Shown here in pieces: positions 9,483 to 18,613 of a stretch of 64,000 bases of DNA. A program made the translations under genes and the position numbers. The DNA is from Nitrospirales bacterium. Lineage in GTDB: Bacteria > Nitrospirota > Nitrospiria > Nitrospirales > UBA8639. The notes beneath the pieces are model-generated. The model ran no database searches and had not been told where the DNA came from. It worked only from the letters and a program-made list of their open reading frames with translations. Location: positions 4,288,001-4,352,000 of the forward strand of contig OY820905.2 of the NCBI GenBank assembly GCA_963555755.3. The letters are read 5' to 3'. How positions within the stretch are numbered: position 1 is the first letter of the stretch; each line of letters starts with the position of its first letter.

Positions 9483-12400
9483 ATGAAAGAAAGACGGAAA
9501 CCCAAAAAAGTATTAATTCTTGGCAGTGGTGCGCTCAAAATCGGTGAGGCTGGAGAGTTTGATTATTCCGGGAGCCAAGCGATTAAAGCGCTCAAGGATG
9601 AAGGGATTACCACGGTCTTAGTCAATCCCAACATCGCGACGATTCAAACGTCGGAGAATCTGGCTGATCAAGTCTATTTCTTGCCGGTGAAACCGGAGTT
9701 CGTCAAAAAAGTGATTGAGAAAGAACGCCCCGATGGAATCTTGCTGAGTTTTGGAGGACAAACCGCGCTGAATTGCGGATTGGCGTTGGAAGAAACTGGC
9801 GTCCTGAAAGAATTTTCCGTTGAGGTCTTGGGGACATCCGTTCAAACCATTCGAGAGACAGAAGATCGAGGGTTGTTTGTCAAACGGTTAAATGAGATCG
9901 GCGTGCATGTTCCCGAGAGTGCGGTGGCGGAATCAGTCGAAGACGCGCTTCGGGTTGGAGGGGATATTGGCTATCCCGTCATGCTGCGGATTGCGTTTGC
10001 GCTGGGGGGATTGGGCTCAGGCATTTGTCAGACGGAAGACGAACTAAAAGAACGAGCCACCAAAGCCTTTGCCTATACCAAACAGGTGTTGATTGAAGAA
10101 TGTCTGACTGGATGGAAAGAGGTTGAATACGAAGTCGTTCGTGATCAATACGATAACAGTGTGACCGTGTGTAACATGGAAAACTTGGATCCCATGGGTA
10201 TCCACACGGGCGAAAGTATTGTCGTGGCGCCCAGCCAAACCCTCAATAACGAAGAATACCATCGGCTTCGAAACGTCTCGATTCGGGTGGCGAGGCATCT
10301 GGGTATCGTCGGGGAATGTAACGTGCAGTTTGCGGTAAATCCGGCCTCCGGCGAGTATCGCGTCATTGAAATGAATGCGCGATTGTCCCGGAGCTCTGCA
10401 TTGGCCTCCAAGGCCACGGGGTATCCTTTGGCATATGTCGCTGCGAAGTTAGGCTTGGGATATAACCTGGTTGATTTACCCAATTCCATGACTGGGGTCA
10501 CGAAGTCGTGTTTTGAACCGGCGTTGGATTATCTCGTGATCAAGATGCCTCGATGGGATCTGAAAAAATTCCATCAGGTCTCCAAGAAGCTCGGATCGGC
10601 CATGAAGTCGGTAGGGGAGGTGATGGCCATTGGTCGCACATTCGAAGAGACGCTACAGAAAGCCCTTCGGATGTTGGAAATCGGGGTGCAAGGTCTTGTG
10701 GGGAATACAGAGCGGTCCACTGTCACGGACCTAGAATCGGAGTTGAGTGAACCGACGCCTGAACGAATTTTTGTCGTGGCTGAAGCCATGCAACAAGGCA
10801 TGTCCATCGATCGCATTCACGAACTGACGTATATTGAGAAATGGTTCCTGTATAAAATCCAACATATTGTCCAGATCGCCAAACAGTTGGCGGACAGCCC
10901 GGGGCCCTTGGAATCGGCGCACCTGTTAACTCGTGGCAAACAAGCCGGATTTAGCGATCGTCAAATTGGGCATCTGTGTGAGGTCGAAGAGTTTCAAGTG
11001 CGGCAAGCCCGGGAGCGCCACGGCATTCATCCCTGCGTGAAGCAAATTGATACCTTAGCGGCTGAATATCCTGCGCAATCCAATTATCTGTATCTCACCT
11101 ATCATGGCGATGAAGATGATTTGCAGGTAGAGAAACGAAATTCAGTCATTGTGTTGGGGTCGAGGTCATATCGGATTGGCAGTTCGGTGGAATTTGATTG
11201 GTGCTGTGTTAATACGGTTCAGACTCTCCGTTCACTGAATTATCGTACCATCATGCTGAATTTTAATCCGGAGACGGTGAGCACGGATTATAACGAATGC
11301 GACGCGCTGTATTTTGAAGAAATTAGTTTGGAGGCTGTGCTTGAGATTTACCGCAAGGAGGCTCCCATTGGTGTCATTGTGTCGATGGGGGGGCAAACCC
11401 CGAATAATCTCGTGATGGCATTGGATCAAGCCGGTGTTCGCGTACTCGGTACGTCTCCAGTCTCGATCGACAAGGCTGAGAATCGCCATACGTTTTCTCA
11501 ATTACTTGACCATTTGCACATCAAACAACCTCCGTGGGGGGAGTTGCTCGGGATCGAAGAGGCCAAAGCGTTTGCGTCTGAGGTAGGGTATCCCGTACTC
11601 ATTCGCCCTTCGTATGTGCTGAGTGGAGCCGCAATGGGTGTGGCCTCTAATCATGACGAACTGGAGAAGTTCATCGCGCGTTCCGCCAAGATCTCAAAGG
11701 ATTTTCCCATTGTGATAAGCAAGTTTGTGGAAAACGCCAAAGAATTGGAGATGGATGGGGTGGCGTGTAACGGCAAGTTGGTCTTGTCGGCAATCTCGGA
11801 GCATGTCGAGAACGCAGGGGTTCATTCCGGGGATGCGACCTTAGTGTTTCCGGCTCAACGGACGTATTTGGAAACGGTCAGGCGTATCAAAAGGGTGAGT
11901 GCCAAAATTGTCGAAACCTTGAAGATCAATGGCCCCGTCAATATTCAATTTATGGCTAAAGACAACGAAGTCATGGTCATCGAATGTAATCTTCGAGCAT
12001 CGAGAAGTTTTCCGTTTGTGTCGAAAGTCTCCAAGGTGAATTTCATTGAGTGTGCGACGCGAGTCATAATGGGCGAATCAGTTCCCGTGCACCCAGCTAA
12101 TAATGCGGAGCTGGAGGTCGTTGGAGTGAAAGCCCCACAGTTTTCCTTTACGCGATTGGATGGGGCCGATCCGGCCTTAGGGGTGGAAATGGCCTCTACG
12201 GGTGAGGTGGGTTGTCTTGGGGATGATTTTGAAGAAGCCTTTTTGAAAGCCTTATTGTCTGTCGGGTACCGTATGCCGGTCGAGAATGTTCTCCTCTCGA
12301 CGGGACCAGTCGAATCAAAGGCGTCGTTTCTCCATTGGTCTCATCTCCTCGTCCAGATGGGGATGAAGTTATATGCGACTCAGGGAACCGGGGAGTTTTT

Positions 12401-12686
12401 GATCATGCAGGGCATGGATGTGACGATCTTACATTGGCCGATGGAACAGAAAACCCCAAATGTGTTGGACTATATGGGGGAGGGCAAGATTGATCTTGTC
12501 ATCAATATCCCCAAGAATTTTCAGGCAGCCGAATTGACCAATGATTATCAGATCCGCCGAAAAGCGGTGGATCTCAATATCCCCTTGATTACGAATTTGC
12601 AATTGGCCGAACGGTTTATCGAAGCCTTGAGTCGAAAAACCATTGACGATTTACATATTAAAAGCTGGGCAGAATATCAGAATTAA
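9483..12686 (+). CDS. carB: Carbamoyl-phosphate synthase large subunit
   Basis: LGSGALKIGEAGEFDYSG, two ATP-grasp halves (EMNARLSRSSALASKATGYP; IECNLRASRS), C-terminal MGS domain. Confidence 0.96.
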   Translation: MKERRKPKKVLILGSGALKIGEAGEFDYSGSQAIKALKDEGITTVLVNPNIATIQTSENLADQVYFLPVKPEFVKKVIEKERPDGILLSFGGQTALNCGLALEETGVLKEFSVEVLGTSVQTIRETEDRGLFVKRLNEIGVHVPESAVAESVEDALRVGGDIGYPVMLRIAFALGGLGSGICQTEDELKERATKAFAYTKQVLIEECLTGWKEVEYEVVRDQYDNSVTVCNMENLDPMGIHTGESIVVAPSQTLNNEEYHRLRNVSIRVARHLGIVGECNVQFAVNPASGEYRVIEMNARLSRSSALASKATGYPLAYVAAKLGLGYNLVDLPNSMTGVTKSCFEPALDYLVIKMPRWDLKKFHQVSKKLGSAMKSVGEVMAIGRTFEETLQKALRMLEIGVQGLVGNTERSTVTDLESELSEPTPERIFVVAEAMQQGMSIDRIHELTYIEKWFLYKIQHIVQIAKQLADSPGPLESAHLLTRGKQAGFSDRQIGHLCEVEEFQVRQARERHGIHPCVKQIDTLAAEYPAQSNYLYLTYHGDEDDLQVEKRNSVIVLGSRSYRIGSSVEFDWCCVNTVQTLRSLNYRTIMLNFNPETVSTDYNECDALYFEEISLEAVLEIYRKEAPIGVIVSMGGQTPNNLVMALDQAGVRVLGTSPVSIDKAENRHTFSQLLDHLHIKQPPWGELLGIEEAKAFASEVGYPVLIRPSYVLSGAAMGVASNHDELEKFIARSAKISKDFPIVISKFVENAKELEMDGVACNGKLVLSAISEHVENAGVHSGDATLVFPAQRTYLETVRRIKRVSAKIVETLKINGPVNIQFMAKDNEVMVIECNLRASRSFPFVSKVSKVNFIECATRVIMGESVPVHPANNAELEVVGVKAPQFSFTRLDGADPALGVEMASTGEVGCLGDDFEEAFLKALLSVGYRMPVENVLLSTGPVESKASFLHWSHLLVQMGMKLYATQGTGEFLIMQGMDVTILHWPMEQKTPNVLDYMGEGKIDLVINIPKNFQAAELTNDYQIRRKAVDLNIPLITNLQLAERFIEALSRKTIDDLHIKSWAEYQN

Positions 12687-12708
12687 CTGTGCAGGAAGAA
12701 GGCAAACA

Positions 12709-14577
12709 ATGGAATCTGCTACTGGCCAGAGCTCTCACGTGATTTTAGGAATCTCAGGTTACTATCATGACAGTGCCGCATGTTTGGTCAAAGATGGACA
12801 CATTGTGGCCGCGGCACAAGAAGAACGGTTTACCAGGAAGAAGCATGACCATCGGTTTCCTAGCCATGCCATCCGGTATTGTTTGCAAGAAGGCCAGGTG
12901 GCCTTACGCGATGTGAACTATGTGACGTTTTATGAGAAGCCACTGGTCAAGTTTGAGCGGCTTATTGAGACGTATTTATCCTTTGCGCCAAGAGGCCTCT
13001 TGTCGTTTTGGCAAGCCATTCCTGTATGGCTCAAGGAGAAACTGTTTCTGAAAGAAGTGATGAAAAAGGAATTGATGAAATTGACCGATGGGGCTGGCGA
13101 TATGCCTCTGCCCCCTCTCCTGTTCTCCGAACACCATGAGTCTCATGCGGCTTCGGCCTTTTATCCGTCTCCGTTTCAGGAAGCGGCGATCCTGTGCATG
13201 GACGGAGTCGGGGAATGGGCGACCACCTCGCTTTGGATTGGACGGGATCATACCATGGAGCTGGCATGGGAAATCCCGTTTCCCCATTCTCTTGGCCTGC
13301 TGTACTCCGCGTTTACGTACTATACGGGTTTCAAGGTAAACTCGGGCGAATATAAAGTCATGGGTTTAGCTCCCTATGGGGAACCTAAGTATGTCAAACA
13401 GATTTATGACAATCTTATTGATGTTAAACCCGACGGCACGTTTTGGTTGAATATGGAGTATTTCGATTTCTGCACCGGTTTAAAGATGACCAATAAAAAA
13501 TTCGATGAACTGTTTGGAGCTCCGCCAAGAGAGTCAGAGTCTACTGTGACGCAGCGAGAGATGGATCTGGCCCGTTCTGTTCAAGAAGTGACGGAAGAGG
13601 TGATGTTAAAGATTAGCCGGACGATTCATCAGGAAACGGGGCAGGTGAATTTATGTATGGCAGGTGGTGTCGCATTGAACTGTGTGGGAAATGGACGTCT
13701 GTTACGAGAAGGGCCCTTTGAGAATATCTGGATCCAGCCCGCGGCTGGGGATGCTGGGGGCGCTATTGGCGCCGCCTTGGCCACGTACCATCGGTACCTG
13801 GAACAACCACGGCAGGTGGTACCGGGGGATGCCATGCAAGGCTCATATCTTGGTCCGTCTTATACTAACGAGGAAATGGAAGCAGCTTTGCAATCAATGG
13901 GGGCTGTCTATCAGCGTCTCCCTGACGATCAGTTGTATGAGACCGTAGCCTGTGCATTAAGCGAGGACAAGGTCATTGGGTGGGTGCAAGGGCGCATGGA
14001 GTTTGGTCCGCGGTCATTAGGGGGACGAAGTATTCTTGGAGATGCGCGGAGTACCAAGATGCAATCCATCATGAACCTCAAAATCAAATATCGCGAATCG
14101 TTTCGTCCTTTTGCCCCGGCGGTGCTGCGGGAGCGGGTGTCGGAGTATTTTGTGCATGAAGGGGATAGCCCGTACATGTTGCTCGTCGCGCCTGTTGTGG
14201 AAAAACGACGAAATAAATTAACCAATGAGCAACGAGCCTTATGGGGAATTGATCTCCTGAATGTGCCTCGGTCTGATATTCCAGCCGTGACACATGTGGA
14301 CTATTCAGCGAGGGTGCAAACGGTGCATCAGGAAACCAATCCACGATTTTATCACCTCCTGAAAGCGTTTGAAGCGAAGACCGGGTATGGGGTTCTCGTG
14401 AATACCTCGTTTAATGTTCGGGGGGAACCGATCGTCTGTACCCCTCAAGATGCGTATCGGTGCTTCATGCGAACGGAAATGGATATTTTGGTCCTGGAAA
14501 ATTGCATGCTCTATAAAAATGACCAACCTGCTTTGGAGCATGATACGGATTGGAAAACAGAGTTTGAATTGGATTAA
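12709..14577 (+). CDS. O-carbamoyltransferase (NodU/CmcH/SxtI family)
   Basis: YYHDSAA, AQEERF, EHHESHAASAF, DGVGE, GEYKVMGLAPYG, AGGVALNC, EFGPRSLG, NTSFNVRGEPIV. Confidence 0.95.
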   Translation: MESATGQSSHVILGISGYYHDSAACLVKDGHIVAAAQEERFTRKKHDHRFPSHAIRYCLQEGQVALRDVNYVTFYEKPLVKFERLIETYLSFAPRGLLSFWQAIPVWLKEKLFLKEVMKKELMKLTDGAGDMPLPPLLFSEHHESHAASAFYPSPFQEAAILCMDGVGEWATTSLWIGRDHTMELAWEIPFPHSLGLLYSAFTYYTGFKVNSGEYKVMGLAPYGEPKYVKQIYDNLIDVKPDGTFWLNMEYFDFCTGLKMTNKKFDELFGAPPRESESTVTQREMDLARSVQEVTEEVMLKISRTIHQETGQVNLCMAGGVALNCVGNGRLLREGPFENIWIQPAAGDAGGAIGAALATYHRYLEQPRQVVPGDAMQGSYLGPSYTNEEMEAALQSMGAVYQRLPDDQLYETVACALSEDKVIGWVQGRMEFGPRSLGGRSILGDARSTKMQSIMNLKIKYRESFRPFAPAVLRERVSEYFVHEGDSPYMLLVAPVVEKRRNKLTNEQRALWGIDLLNVPRSDIPAVTHVDYSARVQTVHQETNPRFYHLLKAFEAKTGYGVLVNTSFNVRGEPIVCTPQDAYRCFMRTEMDILVLENCMLYKNDQPALEHDTDWKTEFELD

Positions 14578-15144
14578 ACAAAGGGACAAAAGAATGCGCG
14601 AGGACTTAAAATTTCTATAGCTTTAAAGATTTCTGTGAATAGAAGTACGAGTGATAGCTGAACCACCTTCTTACTGGTTGTGGTACTCCTGTGACTGTCA
14701 AAATGAAAGCGAAGACGTTTTCTATGTGACGAGCCACAGCAAGCCATACCCAGAGTTGCGGTTTTTGGATAGACGAAATGCCATAATCCATCCATCTTCA
14801 CCATCGTAATATCTTCGGTAGGGAGGAGAGTGTTTGAGCGGCATCAAAGCCTTGGACTCCCTGGCCAATGTGCCGAATCCATTGCGAGACGGTCCGAATC
14901 CTGACGCCAAAGAGCTACTCAATGTGCCGGAAGTATTCCGGGAATGTTGTTCCTCGAAATAGAAGGGGTCTCTTGTCGATTCAAGGTAGAGAAGTGAAGG
15001 GAATATGCATACATGATTCCACGGTATGCGAGACAAAGCTTGCCCTGAGAGATCCTTTCTGTCCACCTCCCCATATACTAGCCCATTCTGCATAAAACTT
15101 TTTCGTGCCGACAACTTCACGGAGCCGAAAAGGGGTTATAGAAT

Positions 15145-16368
15145 ATGCTGAAAACCCAAGGAACTGTACAACAACGCCTTGTATTTGGCTTGGGAATTTT
15201 TTTTCTTATTGGCTCAATTTTTAGCTTCACCTGGGTAGTATTAAAAATGACTCATACGCCATTTTTGGGTTTTATAAAGGAGTTTCACTTGATCTTGACC
15301 CATGTTGGGTTCCTGTGTCTTTCCATAGGTGGACTTTGTGTGTTTGCAGCATTGATTCTGCAGCGTGATCCAACGAAGAGAATTGTCCATGCGGCCATCC
15401 TGAATTCCATGCTGCTCTTTGGGGCGATTGGATTCTCCTGTGTCGTTATGGAGGGTTTTTTGTATGTAAAATATCATGATGTCCAAATCGGTGGTGTCAC
15501 CTCTCCGTCTCGATATACCTTTTATAAAAAATATTATCGGTTGAATGAAGCTGGGTTCAGGGATGTCAATCATTCGTTACGTAAACCAGAGGGCACGACT
15601 CGAATTGTCGTGGTTGGTGACTCCTTTACCTTTGGGGCAGGAGTTAAGCAAGTCGATGATCTGTATTTCAAAATCCTCGAACAGAAACTACAACAAGAGT
15701 ATCCTGCGCAAACATTTAAGTCGGTAAGTATTGCGAAAAAAGGTTGGAGTACAGCACAGGAGTTCAAGGCCTTTAAGACACTAGGCATGAATTACAATCC
15801 AGACCTGGTTATCCTTGGTTATGTCTTAAACGACCCAGAATCGCCGGAGATAAAGGCGCGAAAGTCATCAGAATTTCATGATGACCATCTGCTGCCGTAT
15901 CCCTACGGAAAATTTCTTTATGCAACCTCGTTTGCCTACTTCATTATCGAAAAGAAATTGAAAAGTTTACCTTTCCTTAGGGATGAAACTATACAGCAGA
16001 GCGACTACATTAGAGAGATTTTCAGTGGAGATAATCTGAAGCAGCACAAGACAATTCTCCGTGACTTCTTGGCCTATATACAGGCACAAGATATGGAAGT
16101 GATTGTTGTCCTGTTTCCTTCTCTTAGATACGTACATAGTCCCTCGTATCCTTACTCCGAGATGCATCAAATTGTCGCTCAAACGGTGAGAGAGTCTGGC
16201 GCGCGGTTCTTGGATCTCTTGGATCCCTTAAAGAACAGTGGAATCACTAACCTTACCGTTAGCGAATTTGACGGCCATCCGAATGAAGATGTTCATAGAA
16301 TCGCTGCCGCTGCGCTATTTGATCTTATCTATAAGGAGAGGAAATTTGCTTCCCTAGATAAAATATAG
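15145..16368 (+). CDS. Membrane-anchored SGNH/GDSL-family protein
   Basis: About three N-terminal TM helices; block I VVGDSFTFG; LND; block V DGHPN. Confidence 0.88.
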   Translation: MLKTQGTVQQRLVFGLGIFFLIGSIFSFTWVVLKMTHTPFLGFIKEFHLILTHVGFLCLSIGGLCVFAALILQRDPTKRIVHAAILNSMLLFGAIGFSCVVMEGFLYVKYHDVQIGGVTSPSRYTFYKKYYRLNEAGFRDVNHSLRKPEGTTRIVVVGDSFTFGAGVKQVDDLYFKILEQKLQQEYPAQTFKSVSIAKKGWSTAQEFKAFKTLGMNYNPDLVILGYVLNDPESPEIKARKSSEFHDDHLLPYPYGKFLYATSFAYFIIEKKLKSLPFLRDETIQQSDYIREIFSGDNLKQHKTILRDFLAYIQAQDMEVIVVLFPSLRYVHSPSYPYSEMHQIVAQTVRESGARFLDLLDPLKNSGITNLTVSEFDGHPNEDVHRIAAAALFDLIYKERKFASLDKI

Positions 16369-16370
16369 AG

Positions 16371-16721
16371 GAACAACGAACGTTATGGGGAATCGATATT
16401 CTCAATGTGCCACGGTCCGATATTCCCGCCGTGACACATATCGACTATTCAGCCAGGGTGCAAACGGTACATCAGGAAACCAATCCACGATTTCATCACC
16501 TCCTGAAAGCGTTTGAAGTGCAAACCGGGTATGGGGTTTTGGTAAATACGTCGTTTAATGTTCGGGGGGAACCAATCATCTGTACGCCACAGGATGCCTA
16601 TCGGTGTTTTATGCGAACGGAAATGGACGTATTAGTGTTAGAAAATTGTGTGTTGTACAAAACAGATCAACCGCTATTAGAAAGTGATTCAGATTGGATG
16701 AAAGAGTTTGAGTTGGATTAA
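16371..16721 (+). pseudogene. Diverged duplicate of the 3' end of the carbamoyltransferase gene
   Basis: Colinear with 14227-14577 (351 nt each); no 5' part; ends EFELD*. Confidence 0.92.
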
Positions 16722-16752
16722 TCGTATTATGCGGGGTAAGGAGTCAGGCACT

Positions 16753-17154
16753 ATGGGGCAAGTCATGTCGGTTGAAACAAAACAAATTCGTTCTTTTGGA
16801 TTGATCGTAGGCGGAATTTTTGCCGTGATTGGGATTTGGCCTTTGGTTGTCCGTGGCGAGGCTGTGTACCTCTGGGCATTGGTCATTTCCGGAGTCCTGG
16901 TCCTGCCAGCTGTAGTGTACCCACGGTGTTTGACCCCGATTTATCGGGGGTGGATGCATGTGGGGGCTGGGCTGGGCTGGTTTAATACTCGTGTGATTTT
17001 GGCGTTTGGATATTTCCTGGTGTTTACGCCGATTGCCTGTGTGATGTCGTTGATGGGGAAAGACTCGCTTCGGCGCAAATATGACCCAACCGAGCGGACC
17101 TATCGCGTGTTACGCGAGACCAGGCCTGGTCAGCATATGGAAAGACAATTTTAA
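16753..17154 (+). CDS. SxtJ-family membrane protein
   Basis: RSFGLIVGG, LTPIYRGWM, LGWFNTRVIL, FTPI, MERQF end; AAGGAG RBS. Confidence 0.88.
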   Translation: MGQVMSVETKQIRSFGLIVGGIFAVIGIWPLVVRGEAVYLWALVISGVLVLPAVVYPRCLTPIYRGWMHVGAGLGWFNTRVILAFGYFLVFTPIACVMSLMGKDSLRRKYDPTERTYRVLRETRPGQHMERQF

Positions 17155-17169
17155 CAATGAGGTGCCGTC

Positions 17170-17322
17170 ATGGGTGAATTAATGAAAGAGCTGTGGGACT
17201 TTATGCGAGAACGTAAGAAATTCTGGTTACTGCCGATTGTGCTGTTTCTCGGACTTTTGAGTACCTTAATCGTGCTGACGGAAGGTTCAGCTGTGGCCCC
17301 GTTTATTTATACGTTGTTCTAA
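17170..17322 (+). CDS. DUF5989 / SxtK-like 50-aa membrane peptide (below the ORF-track size cutoff)
   Basis: MGELMKELWDFMRERKKFWLLPIVLFLGLLSTLIVLTEGSAVAPFIYTLF*; GAGG RBS. Confidence 0.92.
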   Translation: MGELMKELWDFMRERKKFWLLPIVLFLGLLSTLIVLTEGSAVAPFIYTLF

Positions 17323-17554
17323 GTTTGTAAAGTTTGGGAACCGTTTATGGACACTCAGGCATAGAGGTTTAATTTGAAACCTTAAGGCGGAAAATTGCCC
17401 ACAATGAACTGTAATCCTGCCTAAGGATACCAAGCTCTTGATCTTTGAATGCCGCTTGTTCAATTTTATCCACCACCGAATACATCTAGCCCTATATTCG
17501 CAATTTCCGATGGATGTTAAAAAGGCAGGACCCGAAGCGTAAAAACCAGGCCAG

Positions 17555-17680
17555 AAAGCGGTGGATCTCAATATTCCCTTGATTACGAATTTGCAATTGG
17601 CGGAACGGTTTATCGAAGCATTGAGTCGAAAAACCGTGGACGACCTACACCTTAAAAGCTGGGCGGAATATTAAAACTAA
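17555..17680 (+). pseudogene. Diverged duplicate of the last 126 nt of carB
   Basis: Colinear with 12561-12686 (KAVDLNIPLITNLQLAERFIEALSRK...). Confidence 0.92.
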
Positions 17681-18613
17681 TGATGGGCAAGCGCCTTGGT
17701 AATTCTGTTGGGTTGGTGCCAGCACGCGACTCATGTCAGATTCTCTCGGCAGTTTAGGGCTTAACCCCAGATTACACGAGTTCAGAGGCCCATCGTGATT
17801 AGTAGATTTTCTGGTATGGTGATTGATTGTTGGTGATGCAAAAACGATAATCCTTTAAAAAAAATAGCAACAAATCATTGACTTTTAAAGGAAAATTTAG
17901 TATTTGAAGGCTCGAACCTTGTGCATCCTCTATCATTTTACCTCATAACCCACATAGCAACAAATCGGAGCGGGTTACCCATGCGAAAAAAGGCGGTTCA
18001 TGATACCAACTGGTAGAATACAATGGTTGGTTGTTATCGTAGTCGTTTTCGTCTTTGTATTTCCCGTTCCCAATACACAAGCCGTTCTGGACATAGATGC
18101 TTCGTTGTCTGTGGCTGAGCGATACACGGACAATCTCTTTTTTACCTTTGCCAATAAGCGTGATGATTTTGGGACATTTGTGACGCCCAGTGTCAGTGCG
18201 GTTTTTTCCAATAAGGACATTAAGGTGGGGATGAGGTATGCTGCCAGTGCCCAGTTTTACCTCAATAATACACAAGCCGACTCCGTGTCTCATGGAACCA
18301 ACATGATCATTGATCTCCCTTTTCTTAATAGAAAATTCAAAAATTTGGAAGTTCGCATTAACGAATCCTTTAACCTTTCCCCTTCCCTGCCGGCTTTTTC
18401 AGAGAATAGTCGTCGCTTTACAGGGGTCGGAGGGGCTGGTGGTGGAGTTGGCGGAGCCGGAACCGGAGGGGCTGGGCAAGGTCAGCTCGGAGGTATTGGA
18501 AGTTTGGCTGGCAACTCCTTGGGCAATCAAGGGATCATTAACCAGCGTTCTTCGTCGCTTTCTTTTCAAAATCGAGCGAGAATACTAGTCATATATCATT
18601 TCGATCCACGCTG

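Noticed and set aside
14722..15120. 132-aa minus-strand ORF inside the carbamoylation cassette
   Set aside because: No recognisable motif or RBS; possibly a relic
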